DNA from: a virus
DNA: 64,000 nucleotides
Reading direction: 5' to 3' (one strand)
IMG/VR virus record: IMGVR_UViG_3300020448_000002
Span: 32,001 to 96,000 of that record
The notes below the pieces were generated by a model that saw only the letters and a program-made list of their open reading frames with translations, searched no databases and was not told the origin of the DNA. Numbering within the stretch: position 1 is the stretch's first letter; each line of letters opens with the position of its first letter. The position numbers were made by a program, and so were the translations under genes. Shown here piece after piece: positions 48,489 through 61,400 of this stretch.

Positions 48489-48510
48489 ACTACACAGAAA
48501 ATAGAGAGGA

Positions 48511-49737
48511 ATGGCTAAACAAACGATAGGTCTTGGATCTGCTGCTAACGATAATACAGGTGACACTCTTCGAGCAGGTGGTGATAAGGTAAACGACAAT
48601 TTTAGTGAGATCTATACTGCTCTTGGAAACGGAAGTAACCTGACAGTAACTCTTGCAAACCCTGCTGTTAATCAGGTGTTGCGTTATAATGGTTCAACTT
48701 TTATTCCTTCTGACTATACACAGTTAACTTCTGCTCTTGACGTAAATAGTAATTCTATAATTTCTTCTTCAAACGGTAATATCTCTCTTGCTCCTAATGG
48801 AACTGGTAATGTAACTATATCTCACGGAAGTATTACTAATACATTTAATGGCACAGATGGAACTATAGATCTTCCAACAACAATAAAATATAAAAACGAA
48901 TATACTTCTCTTGGTGCATCTCCTTTACCTGCAACATATCCTGGTTATTTCTTTACTGTAGATGGTGATGATAATCCATATGTAAACATCAATATAACTG
49001 CAGGTGGTGTTGGTGATGCTAGAGCAAAAGTATTAACAGAGTATTCTTCTCTTGGTTTAGTTGGAGACGTAGATGTAGTATCAAGTGCTCCTACTAATGG
49101 ACAAGTATTAAAATGGAATACTTCAAGTAGTAAGTGGTTACCTGCTGATGATATAGCGGGTGCAGGATCACAAAACTTATGGGAATCTATTGTTGCTGAT
49201 ACAGGAACAACTACTGCTGATTCTGATACTGATTCTTTAACAATATCAGGTGGAACAGATATTGCAACTGCTATTACTGGTGATACAGTAACGATTAATT
49301 ATACTGGAACTCCTGTAACAACATTTGCTGCTTTAACTGATACTGACTTATCAGGAATAGTTAAAGGTGATTCAATTTATTGGAATAATACTGACTGGGT
49401 TGTATCTAGAAGTCCAGTTATTTGGTGGAACTTAAACTCTAGTGGTGCATCTGATTACACCTTCTCTGGTCCTGGTTTTACTGGTGCTGTAAATGACCCA
49501 ACTCTTTATGTTTATAGAGGGTTTACTTACATCTTTGATAACTCTGTTCAAGGTGGTGCTCACCCATTCAGAATTCAAAGTACACAGGGTTTAACTGGAA
49601 CTCCATATGTGGCAGGTCAGTCAGGTAGTGGATCTAATATTCTTTATTGGACAGTTCCGTTAGATGCTCCTGCAACTCTTTATTATCAATGTACACTTCA
49701 TTCTGCTATGAATGGAACAATCAACGTAGCGGTATAA
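48511..49737 (+). CDS. Baseplate/fibre protein with gp9/gp10-like N-terminus and cupredoxin-like C-terminus
   Basis: MAKQ.I..G..AND.TGD.LR.GG.K.N.NF.EIY; C-terminal HPF...YYQCTLHSAM.G.I. Confidence 0.75.
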   Translation: MAKQTIGLGSAANDNTGDTLRAGGDKVNDNFSEIYTALGNGSNLTVTLANPAVNQVLRYNGSTFIPSDYTQLTSALDVNSNSIISSSNGNISLAPNGTGNVTISHGSITNTFNGTDGTIDLPTTIKYKNEYTSLGASPLPATYPGYFFTVDGDDNPYVNINITAGGVGDARAKVLTEYSSLGLVGDVDVVSSAPTNGQVLKWNTSSSKWLPADDIAGAGSQNLWESIVADTGTTTADSDTDSLTISGGTDIATAITGDTVTINYTGTPVTTFAALTDTDLSGIVKGDSIYWNNTDWVVSRSPVIWWNLNSSGASDYTFSGPGFTGAVNDPTLYVYRGFTYIFDNSVQGGAHPFRIQSTQGLTGTPYVAGQSGSGSNILYWTVPLDAPATLYYQCTLHSAMNGTINVAV

Positions 49738-49742
49738 TATAA

Positions 49743-52700
49743 ATGGCAAGAACGGTTCCTGGTTCTGGTGCTGTCATTGAACCAATTTTCGATGAGATTT
49801 TTGGTGTTCGTGCGGTAGAAGTCACAGATGGTGGAAGTGGATACTCTCAAGCAGATCCACCTCGTTTGACAATATCTGGTTGTGGAACCCCAGACGAAGA
49901 AGCGTTATTATATCCTATTATTGATTCTGACTCAGGAAAAATTATACACGTTAGAGTTCTGAGTAGAGGTAGAGGATATGATCCATTAAGATTACAGATC
50001 ATTCCAGAACAAGAAACTCCTAATGTTGTAACGTCATTTGATGTAAAAAGAATATTTCAATCACATCCTAATAGTCCTACTACAGCAACATTTACAGATG
50101 ATAGACTCAGAATAGTATCAGATAATCATCCTAAACCTTCTCAACATATTTTAGCAGAAAGAGAACCTGGTGGTTCTTCAGTAGTTGTAGATAGATCTTT
50201 TGATCAAACATTTATCTATAGAGGCGGTAAAGATGTACCTCATCCCGATGCTGCTAATAGACAATATCAAGGTGATAAAGCCATGGGTATCATGGCAAAT
50301 GGTGTTTTACTTCATACACCTGAGTGGGGACAAGATGGTAATCCACCACCAGGATTTGCTATTGATGCTGTAAAGTATCCTTATATTAAAAACAATAATG
50401 CATATGATGCAGTAATAGATAATCAGGTTTACTATTATCAAACAAATAAACTTAGAAACGAATGGAATTTAGATAACGGAGTATTTGATTGGGGTAGAAT
50501 AAGACAGTTTGTTTGGCAAGTTAAAACTGAGCATGATAATATTTTAATAGAATTAGGTAATTTAGATCAGACTATAGGTTCTGTTGAAGTAGGTAGAATT
50601 GTTGACTGTATTTCATCTACTGCAAAGGGTGAAGTAGCAAAAATTGTTAAAGATAATTTAGGTAATCCAACAAAAATATATTTAAGAACTCTTACTGGTG
50701 TTCCTTTCCAAGAGAATGATGTTTGTTTAGGTGCTAACGGATTTCAATTTAAAGTTCAAGGTATTCCAACAACATTCCCTAATGGTATATTCTATATTGA
50801 GTTTGGAGAAGAAGCACATGAGTTTGGTGCATTTACACCAGGTGTATTTTATTTTGCTCCAGAAGGAATTAAAGTTCAAAGAAATTATTTGATTATTTGG
50901 GATCAAAGTGATTCATCAAATAATACAGGTGGAATGCAACATCCAATGCAGTTTAGCACGACTGCTGATGGAACTTTGAATGGTGGAACTCTTTATTATA
51001 ATAGTACTGGTGTTACACAAGCACCTGCGGCTGATTATGAAAATGAATATCAAGCATTATTCTTAATGAATGCTGATGAAAATAGTAAAATTTATTATCA
51101 TTGTAAGTTCCATCGTTATATGTCTGGGTATCAGGGTGATGAAGGTTATATGGAACTTGCGTCAGATGTAGATCCTGACCCAATGGTCAATACATATTAT
51201 TTTAAAAATTATTATCAATCAGATGCTAATGATCCAAATACTATTGATTATAGTAGACATGTAGATGGTCATTCTAAAATTTTAGGTATGTCCTTTGATG
51301 GATATCCTATCTACGGTCCTTGGGGTTATAATTCTAGTGGTGCAGTTGCTAGAGAAGTATCAGGATATAGATTAAAAACTACTGCTGAGTTACCAGGTAA
51401 TCGTCCTCAAGTTAATACAGTTTCTAATGTAACATACACAGTAACTGTATCTAATAATTTATTTAATTTTGATGGTAGTAGACCTGCATTTTTAACATTA
51501 GAAAGAGGTAAGACATATATCTTTAATCAAGATGATGCTTCAAATGATAGTCTATTCTTATTTGTTGGAACATCTGAGGATGGATGGCATGTAGGTTCAC
51601 CTCCTGTTATTGGAGATACATCATATCTTCTAGCAGGTGATCATGTTAAGTATTATATTGATGGTGCTGAGACTACTTACAATACTTACATTTCTGCTTT
51701 CAATACAGCATCACAAAGAGAAGTTAGATTTCATGTTCCTGTAAATGCTCCTATAGCATTATACCTCTTTGCATATTCACAATCAGGTGTAGGAATAAGA
51801 TGTGTTGTTGAGGGATATGTACTTGGAGATTTGACTGATGATTATATTCATGATTCAACTGTTGGAAGTCTTGATGCTTATAATGGTAAGTTCGGTCCTA
51901 CTCCAGAGTATCCTAATGGAACTTATGCATATTATATGACTGAGGATAGTTCTTCAGTTCCCACTTATCCTTATGCTATAGGAGATGCATTCTATGGAAC
52001 TCCATTGTTTGAAGGTGATACAGTTCCTGCACAAGTAGAAATTTTCCCTGCAGGTGCTCAGGGTGATGTTGTTTTAAACGCTAGTGGTCAAATAGCATAT
52101 GTTAAAATGACCCAGTTTGGTGATAATTACTTTGGTCCTGCACAAGCAAAGATTTTAGGTGGTCAAGGAACAGGTGCGTTAGCAAGTCCAATTGTACAAA
52201 CAGTTACTGGTTTATCATTACTATCAACAGGTAGAGAGTATGCTACTCCTCCAACACTTATATTTGAAGGTGGAGGTGGTGGTGTAGGTGCTGAGGGTGC
52301 TGCTGAGATTGATACCTTTGGTAAAGTTACTGCAATTAATATTGTTGATGAAGGTGAATTCTATCAAGAACCTCCTTATATTTTAATTACAGGTGGTGGT
52401 GGAATTGGTGCTAAAGCAGTTGCTAGAATTGATCAAGGTGTCATAGTTGGTATTGATATTACAGATTCTGGTTCTGGTTATATTAATCCACCAAATATTG
52501 TATTTACTAAACTTGTTAACTTAAAACGTAAGACAAGAGCAAGACAGTCTTACAACTCTTCTGCAATTTATTTAACAGGTCTTGTAAAAGATTTAGCAGC
52601 ATCAGACACAGAAATATTCACTGACACAACTACAGGTTTTCCTGGTTCTGGATCTCTTATTGTTAATACTGAAACCATTACATACACTGGTAAATCAACT

Positions 52701-53912
52701 GGTAAGTTCTTCGGTCTAACAAGAGGTGTAAACTTTAACTATGACCAGAGAATTATATTAGATGCAACTCAGAATAATCAGCAAGACGTATCCACATATA
52801 ATTTTAATGTTGGTGATAGAGTAATTCGTAGAATAGATAATGCAAATAATAAAATTGCAAAGGTATATGACTGGAATCCAAATAGTAGAGAACTTCTAGT
52901 AACATTTGAAGTTGATGAATTAGCGTTCATCGATGGTGGTATTCCATCTACTTTAGATGCTATTGTGCAGTTTGATGGAGGTGTTGCTGCTAGTGCATCC
53001 AATGCTTTCAATCCTCATCAAATTACCTTTGAAGCAAACTCAACTATTATTACTTTGACTGATCCTATAGGATCAATCTTAGATACTAAGTTTGTTGATA
53101 CTGCAGAAAACGCAGGAGCTGGTGATGGAATTCCAGACTTGTTTAATACAGGTACTGATTATGAGAGTCAGATATCACTTGATGGTGGTATTTACAATTC
53201 ATTATATGGTATTGAAGAGACTCAAGGTGGAACTAACACAACTCTATTTGCAGTTGCCGATCAAATAAAAGATGGTTCTATTCCGTTCAAATATGCAACT
53301 GTAGAAGTTGCAGGAACATTGACTGATGGTGTAGATCACGTTGCAAAATTAAATGTATATGTAGATCTAAATCAAGGTAACGGTCAGAACTATGTTGTTA
53401 ATGATCTTGTTACAGGTGATATATCAGGTGTAAGAGGAACTGTTCTTGGATGGGATCCTAATACTGGATTACTAGAAGTTGGTAACGTAGTTCCTTATAA
53501 TACTGGTAATATCAATATAGGTATTGCAGGTTACTTCTATGAGTTCTCTGCTAGAGAAACAGTTATTGATTTCATTGTTCAGAATCCAGGTACTAACTAT
53601 ACTGCACCTCCTTCGGTAACAGTAGAGAACATTGGTGATATACAAGCAACAGCAAGTGTTAACATGACTGCTGCAGGTGACCAAGTTGCTTCACTAACAA
53701 TCACAAACGGTGGTTATGGTATAGCTCAGAACATTGATGAAAGTTTTGTAACACATCCGACAGTTACATTTACTAATAATGCTAGTGATAGCACAGGATC
53801 TGGTGCGGTTGTTCAAGCCGTTCTTGGTGGTGAACGTATTGCAGGTAACACTGGTGCGAGTTATAGGATCAAGAGAATTGAATATCAAGCACAACTTCAG
53901 TCTAAGGAGTAG
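49743..53912 (+). CDS. Virion structural protein with YHYH-like domain, cupredoxin-like inserts and GSGY repeats
   Basis: GIMANGV, HSKILGMSFDGYPIYGPWG, LDAYNG...PEYPNGTYAYY; HPM...YYHCKFHRYM. Confidence 0.7.
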   Translation: MARTVPGSGAVIEPIFDEIFGVRAVEVTDGGSGYSQADPPRLTISGCGTPDEEALLYPIIDSDSGKIIHVRVLSRGRGYDPLRLQIIPEQETPNVVTSFDVKRIFQSHPNSPTTATFTDDRLRIVSDNHPKPSQHILAEREPGGSSVVVDRSFDQTFIYRGGKDVPHPDAANRQYQGDKAMGIMANGVLLHTPEWGQDGNPPPGFAIDAVKYPYIKNNNAYDAVIDNQVYYYQTNKLRNEWNLDNGVFDWGRIRQFVWQVKTEHDNILIELGNLDQTIGSVEVGRIVDCISSTAKGEVAKIVKDNLGNPTKIYLRTLTGVPFQENDVCLGANGFQFKVQGIPTTFPNGIFYIEFGEEAHEFGAFTPGVFYFAPEGIKVQRNYLIIWDQSDSSNNTGGMQHPMQFSTTADGTLNGGTLYYNSTGVTQAPAADYENEYQALFLMNADENSKIYYHCKFHRYMSGYQGDEGYMELASDVDPDPMVNTYYFKNYYQSDANDPNTIDYSRHVDGHSKILGMSFDGYPIYGPWGYNSSGAVAREVSGYRLKTTAELPGNRPQVNTVSNVTYTVTVSNNLFNFDGSRPAFLTLERGKTYIFNQDDASNDSLFLFVGTSEDGWHVGSPPVIGDTSYLLAGDHVKYYIDGAETTYNTYISAFNTASQREVRFHVPVNAPIALYLFAYSQSGVGIRCVVEGYVLGDLTDDYIHDSTVGSLDAYNGKFGPTPEYPNGTYAYYMTEDSSSVPTYPYAIGDAFYGTPLFEGDTVPAQVEIFPAGAQGDVVLNASGQIAYVKMTQFGDNYFGPAQAKILGGQGTGALASPIVQTVTGLSLLSTGREYATPPTLIFEGGGGGVGAEGAAEIDTFGKVTAINIVDEGEFYQEPPYILITGGGGIGAKAVARIDQGVIVGIDITDSGSGYINPPNIVFTKLVNLKRKTRARQSYNSSAIYLTGLVKDLAASDTEIFTDTTTGFPGSGSLIVNTETITYTGKSTGKFFGLTRGVNFNYDQRIILDATQNNQQDVSTYNFNVGDRVIRRIDNANNKIAKVYDWNPNSRELLVTFEVDELAFIDGGIPSTLDAIVQFDGGVAASASNAFNPHQITFEANSTIITLTDPIGSILDTKFVDTAENAGAGDGIPDLFNTGTDYESQISLDGGIYNSLYGIEETQGGTNTTLFAVADQIKDGSIPFKYATVEVAGTLTDGVDHVAKLNVYVDLNQGNGQNYVVNDLVTGDISGVRGTVLGWDPNTGLLEVGNVVPYNTGNINIGIAGYFYEFSARETVIDFIVQNPGTNYTAPPSVTVENIGDIQATASVNMTAAGDQVASLTITNGGYGIAQNIDESFVTHPTVTFTNNASDSTGSGAVVQAVLGGERIAGNTGASYRIKRIEYQAQLQSKE

Positions 53913-53922
53913 TCGGAAAGCA

Positions 53923-53930
53923 CATAAATA
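53923..53930 (+). promoter_or_regulatory. T4-type late promoter
   Basis: CATAAATA upstream of gp8. Confidence 0.65.
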
Positions 53931-53955
53931 AACAGGAGGACACTAGTCTTAGGAA

Positions 53956-55488
53956 ATGGCAGCTCTATTAACGGATCAATTTAGAATTTTTTCAGCACAA
54001 AAATTTATTAAGGCTCTTGAAGGTCCCGTTGCGACTCAAAGTGATGATGCAGCAGGTGCTACAAGAGATAGGTTATATCTTTTCATAGGTAGACCACAAA
54101 GTTGGGATAATGAAAACTCACCCCCACAAGCGGTGGATTCATTTGCCGAATTTTCTGGTTCATATGATGATATGGTTTCAATGAAGCGTGTGCTGGCTTC
54201 TGATACTGTCCAAGTTGTGCGTAGAATTGACTGGGTTTCCCCAGAACAAACTACTGGTGGATTAGGTTTTACCTATGACATGTATCGTCACGACTATTCT
54301 CCAAGTAAAACTGCTGCTTCTGGTGCTACTAAACTATATGATTCTGATTTTTACGTTGTAAACTCGCAGTATCAAGTATATAAGTGCATCTATAATGGTA
54401 CATCTCCTTCAGACCCTAACGGAAAACCTTCGACTGTTGAACCGACTGGAACGTCTACTTCTATTATCACTACTGGTGATTCTTATCGTTGGAAGTATAT
54501 GTATACTATTCCAGTTGCGTCAGTGCTTAAGTTCTTCTCCAATGACTACATGCCTGTCTTTACCAACGACGCGGTAAAAACAAACGCTGTTGCAGGAGAG
54601 ATTGATACTGTTGTTATTAACGCAGCAGGATCAGGTTATAACAACGGAACCTATGACAACGTTGCTATTAATGGAGATGGAACTGGTGGTCGTGTTTCTA
54701 TTGTTGTAGATGGTGGTAAGATTATATCTGCTACTGTTACTTCTGGAGGAACAGGATATACCTTTGGTAAAATATCTGTTGATAACGTTACTGGTATTGG
54801 AACAGGTACTGGTGCACAAGTTGATGTTATCGTTCCACCACCAGGTGGTCACGGTGCTGACTCTGTTGTAGAACTTGGTGCTTTCAGAGTTATGATCAAC
54901 GCTAAACTCTCATATGATGAGGGTGCAGGTGACTTCCCAGTTGATAACGACTATCGTCGTATTGGTCTTATTACCAATCCTTTAAAATATGGAACTGAGG
55001 AATTAATTTCAGACTTGACTGTATCTGCTACTAAGGCAGTTATATTCTCACCTACATTCCAAGGTAACTACGTTCCTGATGAAATTATTACACAAACAAG
55101 AGTTGTTGGTGGAACCAACGTTACTGCTCGTGCTCGTGTTGTTTCTTGGAACCCAATAACAAAACTATTAAAGTACTATCAGAATGCTGTAGATGGTATC
55201 TTCCCAGAAGTTACAGGAACACAGAATGAATTTGATGGTTCAAACGTGATTAATGGTGCTACATCTGGTGCTGCAGGGCAACCCGATGTTAACTTCCCCG
55301 CCATACCAAACTCTTCTTCTAGAACAATCAACAATACTGAGTATGACTTAGGTATGAAGTTTAACAATGGTTATGCTAAACCCGAAGTTTCCTCAAGTAG
55401 CGGTGACGTAGTTTACATAGATAATAGAAGATCAATCAGTCGTGCTAACGACCAAGTAGAAGACATCAAAATCGTAATCGAGTTCTAA
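53956..55488 (+). CDS. gp8: Baseplate wedge subunit gp8
   Basis: LYLFIGRPQSW...PP, RRIDW, YDMYRHD, VYKCIYNG, WKYMYTI, QVEDIKIVIEF. Confidence 0.9.
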   Translation: MAALLTDQFRIFSAQKFIKALEGPVATQSDDAAGATRDRLYLFIGRPQSWDNENSPPQAVDSFAEFSGSYDDMVSMKRVLASDTVQVVRRIDWVSPEQTTGGLGFTYDMYRHDYSPSKTAASGATKLYDSDFYVVNSQYQVYKCIYNGTSPSDPNGKPSTVEPTGTSTSIITTGDSYRWKYMYTIPVASVLKFFSNDYMPVFTNDAVKTNAVAGEIDTVVINAAGSGYNNGTYDNVAINGDGTGGRVSIVVDGGKIISATVTSGGTGYTFGKISVDNVTGIGTGTGAQVDVIVPPPGGHGADSVVELGAFRVMINAKLSYDEGAGDFPVDNDYRRIGLITNPLKYGTEELISDLTVSATKAVIFSPTFQGNYVPDEIITQTRVVGGTNVTARARVVSWNPITKLLKYYQNAVDGIFPEVTGTQNEFDGSNVINGATSGAAGQPDVNFPAIPNSSSRTINNTEYDLGMKFNNGYAKPEVSSSSGDVVYIDNRRSISRANDQVEDIKIVIEF

Positions 55489-58400
55489 TGGCACAAAATA
55501 CTAATCTAAACGTAACACCGTATTACGACGACTTTGATAAAGCGAAGAACTTTTATCGAGTGCTGTTTAGACCTGGTTTTCCAATACAGGCAAGAGAATT
55601 AACACAGTCTCAATCAATTCTTCAAAATCAAATTGAGAATATGGGAACCCATCTATTCAAAGATGGTTCAATGGTTATACCTGGTCAAATAGGTTATGAT
55701 CTAAACGTTAATGCTATTATGATCCAAGAATCATTCTTGGGTGCAGATGTAGAAAGTTATAGAAGTCAGATTACAGGAAAGATAATTACAGGTTTAACAT
55801 CAGGTGTTAAAGCTAAAGTTCTTTATAGTATTTCATCAACTGAATCAGATAAAGGATATATTACACTTTATATTAAATACATTGAATCAGGTGGAGCAGA
55901 TAATAATCAAGATACATTTACTAATAATGAACAGTTAATAACTGATACTGAAATAACTTTTGGAACAACTCTTATTGAAGTTGGATCACCATTTGCACAG
56001 TTACTACCTACAGAAGCAACACAAGTTGGATCTGTAGCATATGTGCAGGAAGGTGTTTACTTTATTAGAGGTTTCTTTGTAGACGTTCCTTATCAATACA
56101 TTCTCCTTGATCAATATGGAAGCAACCCCAAATACAGGATCGGACTCGAAATTCTTGAATCGATCATTACCCCCGAAGATGACTTATCACTCAATGATAA
56201 CGCTGCAGGAACATCTAATTATGCTGCTCCTGGTTCTCACAGGTTCAGAATAACAACTAACCTTATTAAGAAATTACTTACAGACGAGGCAGATAAAGAC
56301 TTTATTGAATTATTACGTATCAATGGTAATAAGATTGAAAAACTAATTGATCGTAGTGCATATGATGAGTTAGAAAAAACAATGGCAACCAGAACTTATG
56401 AAGAGTCTGGTGACTATGTTGTTAGTGATTTCCAAATCACTATGAGAGATGGACTAAATGATGGATTTAATAATGGTGTTTATGAGGTAGGAGATACCAC
56501 TGCTCAAGGTAATAGTGCTGCAGAAAGCATGTATGCTGTTGAGTTTGGTCCTGGTACTGCATATGTTAGAGGTTATAGACTTAAAACATTATCTCCAACT
56601 TATGTTGATATCGCAAAACCAAGAGATACAGATGCTTCTCAAAACACAATTATACCTTTTACATTAGGAAACTATTCTAAAGTAAGTAATATAAACGGAT
56701 TTTTAAATACAGCTGGTTCTACTATTTCTCAAGCATATCAAACAGTAGAATTGCGTGATAGATTTACAGCAACACCAGGTGATGCTGTTGGTAATGTAAT
56801 TGGATATGCACGTGTAGCATCTCTTGAATTTTTACAAGATCCAGATAATAGTTTTGGAAATGCAGATGACAAGTATAATATGCATCTGTTTGATGTTCAA
56901 ATGTTTACAGTATTACATTTAGCATCTGCACAAACTATTAGTACTGGTGCTGCTGACCAAAGAGGATCTCTTGTTGTTGGAAACTCTTCTGGTGCAAGAG
57001 GTTATTTAATTGATAATGTTTCTGCTGCTACTCACTTAAGCATTTATCAAGTTGAAGGAACTTTCCAGAAAGGTGAGATGGTAACATTAGATGGTTTAAA
57101 TTTAGATACTATTACTAATGTTCATACTTACAAATATTCTGATAGTAGACAAGTCTGTGCTAAAGATGAAAATACATCAGCAGTAGAATTTACAGCAGAT
57201 ATTGTATTAGAAGATTTAAAATTTATTCAAGGTGCTACATTTACATATGATGCTACAGGTAGTGCAGAAAAAATTACTGGTTTAAATTCAAACTTTGCTG
57301 CTGACTTAAGACCTGGCGATAGAATATATTTCTCTGAAACAAAATATGTTGATGTAGATTTTGTTGATCCTACAAACTTAGCATCATCTAATAATTCAAC
57401 AATCTTTACTTACTCTACTCAAATAGTTAATGTAACACCTCCTGGTGGTTCTGCTTCTCCTACTGGAGGAACTTACAATACATTATTACGTTACAGAGCA
57501 AAACTTTGGGAAACAGAAAAGGCAACTCTTCTTAAAGCAATGCCTAAGACATATGTCAAGACTATTTCTGACGAGTCTATGGTTGTTAGAAGAACTTTTG
57601 ACGCTCAAACTGTTGCTGCAAACGCTATATCAATTACTCTTCCTGAGAACGAGCAGTTCCAAGCAATTACAAATACTGCATATTCATTTACTGTTATGGG
57701 TAGTACATCAGCTGCATATCCTGCAGGTGCACAGATACCCATCGATACTGTAAACACTGGTGCTATTGGTTATACAACATTTACATCTGCTGATAGAACT
57801 ACAATTCAGATAACAAACTTAGATGTAACAGGTGACTCAGGTGCAATTACATCTGTTAAAGTTACAGCATCTGTTTCTAAGAACGTTACAACTAAGAAGA
57901 CAAAATCACCTACTAACATGTTTGTGTTAAAGGTGAATCAAACAGTTCAGAATTTAGATAAACAAAACTATCAACTTACATATTCTGGTGTATATGGAAC
58001 TAGAATTGAAGACGTAGATTTATCATTAGGTATAACTGACGTATTTAATATACATGCTGTATATGAATCAATGGATGATGCTGATCCAGTAATACCTTCT
58101 ATAACTTTAGTTGAACCAACATTCTTTGAAACTAAGAGTATTGTTACAGGTAAAACATCTGGTGCAAGAGCAAGAGTTGTTGACTTTAACTCAAGTACTT
58201 TAAAACTGTCAATCGTTTATTTGAGTGGTAAATTTATATCAGGTGAAACAGTTGATGGATTTAATAGTAGTAATATTGCTATTCAAGGTATTATTAATGA
58301 CTCTGTAGGATCTATTGTTGAAGGATCTAAAGTTATTACAGATCGTTATGACTTAGAAACTGGTCAAACTGGATTTATATATGGTATATCAAAATTAGTA

Positions 58401-61400
58401 AGAAAGAAAGGTGTTGCTAGACCAATTAGAAAAGTAAAAATTGTTTTAGATTACTATTCTCATGCTGCTACTGGAGATTACTTTGCAGGTCAATCATATT
58501 TGGATACTGCATATGCTGATGTTCCTTATTATCAAGAGAAATTCTTACCTGATTTCTTAGACTTTAGACCAGGTGTTAGAAACTTATTTACAGGAACTGG
58601 ATCAGTTGCTTCTCCTGCATATGTAAATGCTGCTACATTAGACTTTAAACATAGAACATTCCCAACTGCAGGAAGTCCATCTGCAACTTTATTTGATATT
58701 CCTAAAGTTGCTAGTGACTTTAGATGTGATTTTGATTGGTATCTTCCTAGAGTTGATAAAGTATTCTTACTACCTACTGGAGAATTCCAAGTTGTTAAAG
58801 GTAAGTCAGAACAAAGACCTTCTCCCCCAGATGATCTACAAGATGGTATGCTACTAGCAACATTGCTACATGCACCATATGGTTTTGATCCTTCTAGTGA
58901 TGTCGTTATTCAGAAATCTGATAACAGACGTTATACTATGCGTGACATTGGTAAGTTAGAAAAACGTATTGACCAAGTTGAATATTATACATCACTTAAC
59001 ATGTTAGAAAGTGATACATTCAACGTTGAAATTACTGATGCATCTGGTAAGAGTCGTCTGAAGAATGGATTTATGGTTGATGATTTTACAGATCATTCTA
59101 AATCTAGTACAACAAATCCAGACTATGCTGCTGCATTAAGTTATTCTGATGGAACTTGTCAGTCTTCACACTATACTACTAATACATCATTATTAATTAA
59201 TGAATCACTGTCTACAAATTATCAAAAGACAGGTCCTTTAATTACACTACCATATGAAGAGATTGCATTAATTACACAGTCATATGCATCTCGTGTTGAG
59301 AACGTTAACCCATTCAACGTATTTGCTTACATTGGACGTATTGATCTTATACCTGCTTCAGATGACTGGGTAGATACTAATCGTCTTCCTGTCAACGTTA
59401 TTGATGTTGAGGGTGACTTTGAAGCAACTAGCAGATCTATGAATGTAGATCAATCTGGTTTTGCTCCTATCCAATGGGGTTCATGGAATACTACATGGTC
59501 TGGAGAATCTACTGGTGCATGGAGTAGATGGAAAGAACATACATTTGCTAACTTTGTTAGTGGTAGAGGTCGTCGTGTTATGGGATCAAGAACCATTACT
59601 TCTACAACTAATCAAACTAGAAGAGGTATTAGAAGTAGAGTAGTTCCCAGAATTGATCGTCAATCTATGGGTGATAGAACTGTATCTTCAACTTCTATTC
59701 CTTGGATACGTTCTAGAAATATTGACGTAACTGTTGCTAGAATGAAACCAAGAACAACTTTCTATTCATTCTTTGACGGAACTAAAGTTGGCGATTATAT
59801 GGTGCCAAAAGTTCTTGAAGTTATTAAAGATCCTTCTACAGATAGTAGAACTAACTCAACACCATTTGTTATTGGTGAAACAGTTAGAGGTCTAACAAGT
59901 GGTGCTAGATTTAGAGTTTCTGCTCCAAATAATTTCTTTACATGGAATCCATATGATGATACTGATATGCCTTCATCATATTCTTCAACTACTAACTTTA
60001 TCAACGTTGATACTGAATCACTTGCTGCTCAGGCAGTTGGACAATACTTCGGTAATATACAAGTAGGTGAAGTTTTGGTTGGTGATTCTGGTGCAAGAGC
60101 AGTTGTTCGTGATCGTAGATTAATGACTGATAGATTAGGACAGTGGAAAGGTTCATTCTTTATACCACCTCCTCAAGTCAATACAAATCCACGTTGGGCA
60201 ACTGGTAGTAGACTACTAAGATTAACAACTAATGCAGATGATTCCAGAACATTTGGAACAGTTGCATCTGCTGCACAAACAGAATATGCAGCAACAGGTA
60301 CATTGAATACTTTACAGGAAAACGTATTATCAATTAGAAATGCTGATATCGTTCAAGATACTGTAACTCAAGATAGAACTGTTCAAACAACTAGAACTGA
60401 AACACGTCAGGTTGGTTGGTGGGATCCACTTGCACAATCATTCTTGGTTGATGAAACTGGTGGTGTGTTTATTACTTCTGTTGATGTTTACTTCAATGCT
60501 AAAGATAGTAATATTCCGATCTCTATGCAGATCAGAACAATGTCAAATGGTTATCCAACAACAAGTATTCTTCCATTCTCTGATGTTACTGTAACTCCAG
60601 ATACTATTCAGACATCTGAAACTGGTGCTATTGCAACTAAGTTTACATTCCAAGCACCTGTTTATATTCCTCAGTCTATTGAACATTGTTTTGTTCTATT
60701 CTCAGACTCTAATGAATATCAGGTTTGGATCTCTAGAATGGGTGAGTTAGATATTACTGGAGACAGAACTATATCTGAACAACCATATGCAGGTGTTCTA
60801 TTCAAATCACAGAACGCTACTACATGGACTGCAGACCAGTACGAAGATCTTAAGTTCGTTGTTTATAAAGCGGTATTTGATACTAGTGTTGCTTCTCAAT
60901 TAACATTAAATAATGCTCCTTTAGACATAGGTAACGGTGGTAAGATTGTATTAAGAACTGATCCAGTTCAAACATACCAACCAGAGTTACAACTAGTGAT
61001 GAATGCAGTAAATTCTACTCTACCTTATACAGTTGGTGCTCGTGTTTATCAGAAGACGACTCTTGCTCAAGGAACAATTAAAACAATTACAGATAGTAAT
61101 GCAGGAGTTCTGTTAACTATTAATGACATATCAGGAACATGGCAGTCAGGTTCATCAACTGGTGGAACAATTATTAACAGATTAGTATCTTCTAAGACTC
61201 TTGCTACTATGGCAGTAACAAGTGCATCAGGTGACTTTACTGTTGGTGAAACAATAACTGGTAACAGTGCTTCTGCTCCAACTGCAGAGGTTGTAAGTTG
61301 GACAGATGGTGGCGGTGGTGCAGGAACATTAACACTTAAATATGTTTCAACAACATTTACAGCTTCTACTGAACAAATTACTGGTGGAACTTCTACTAAG

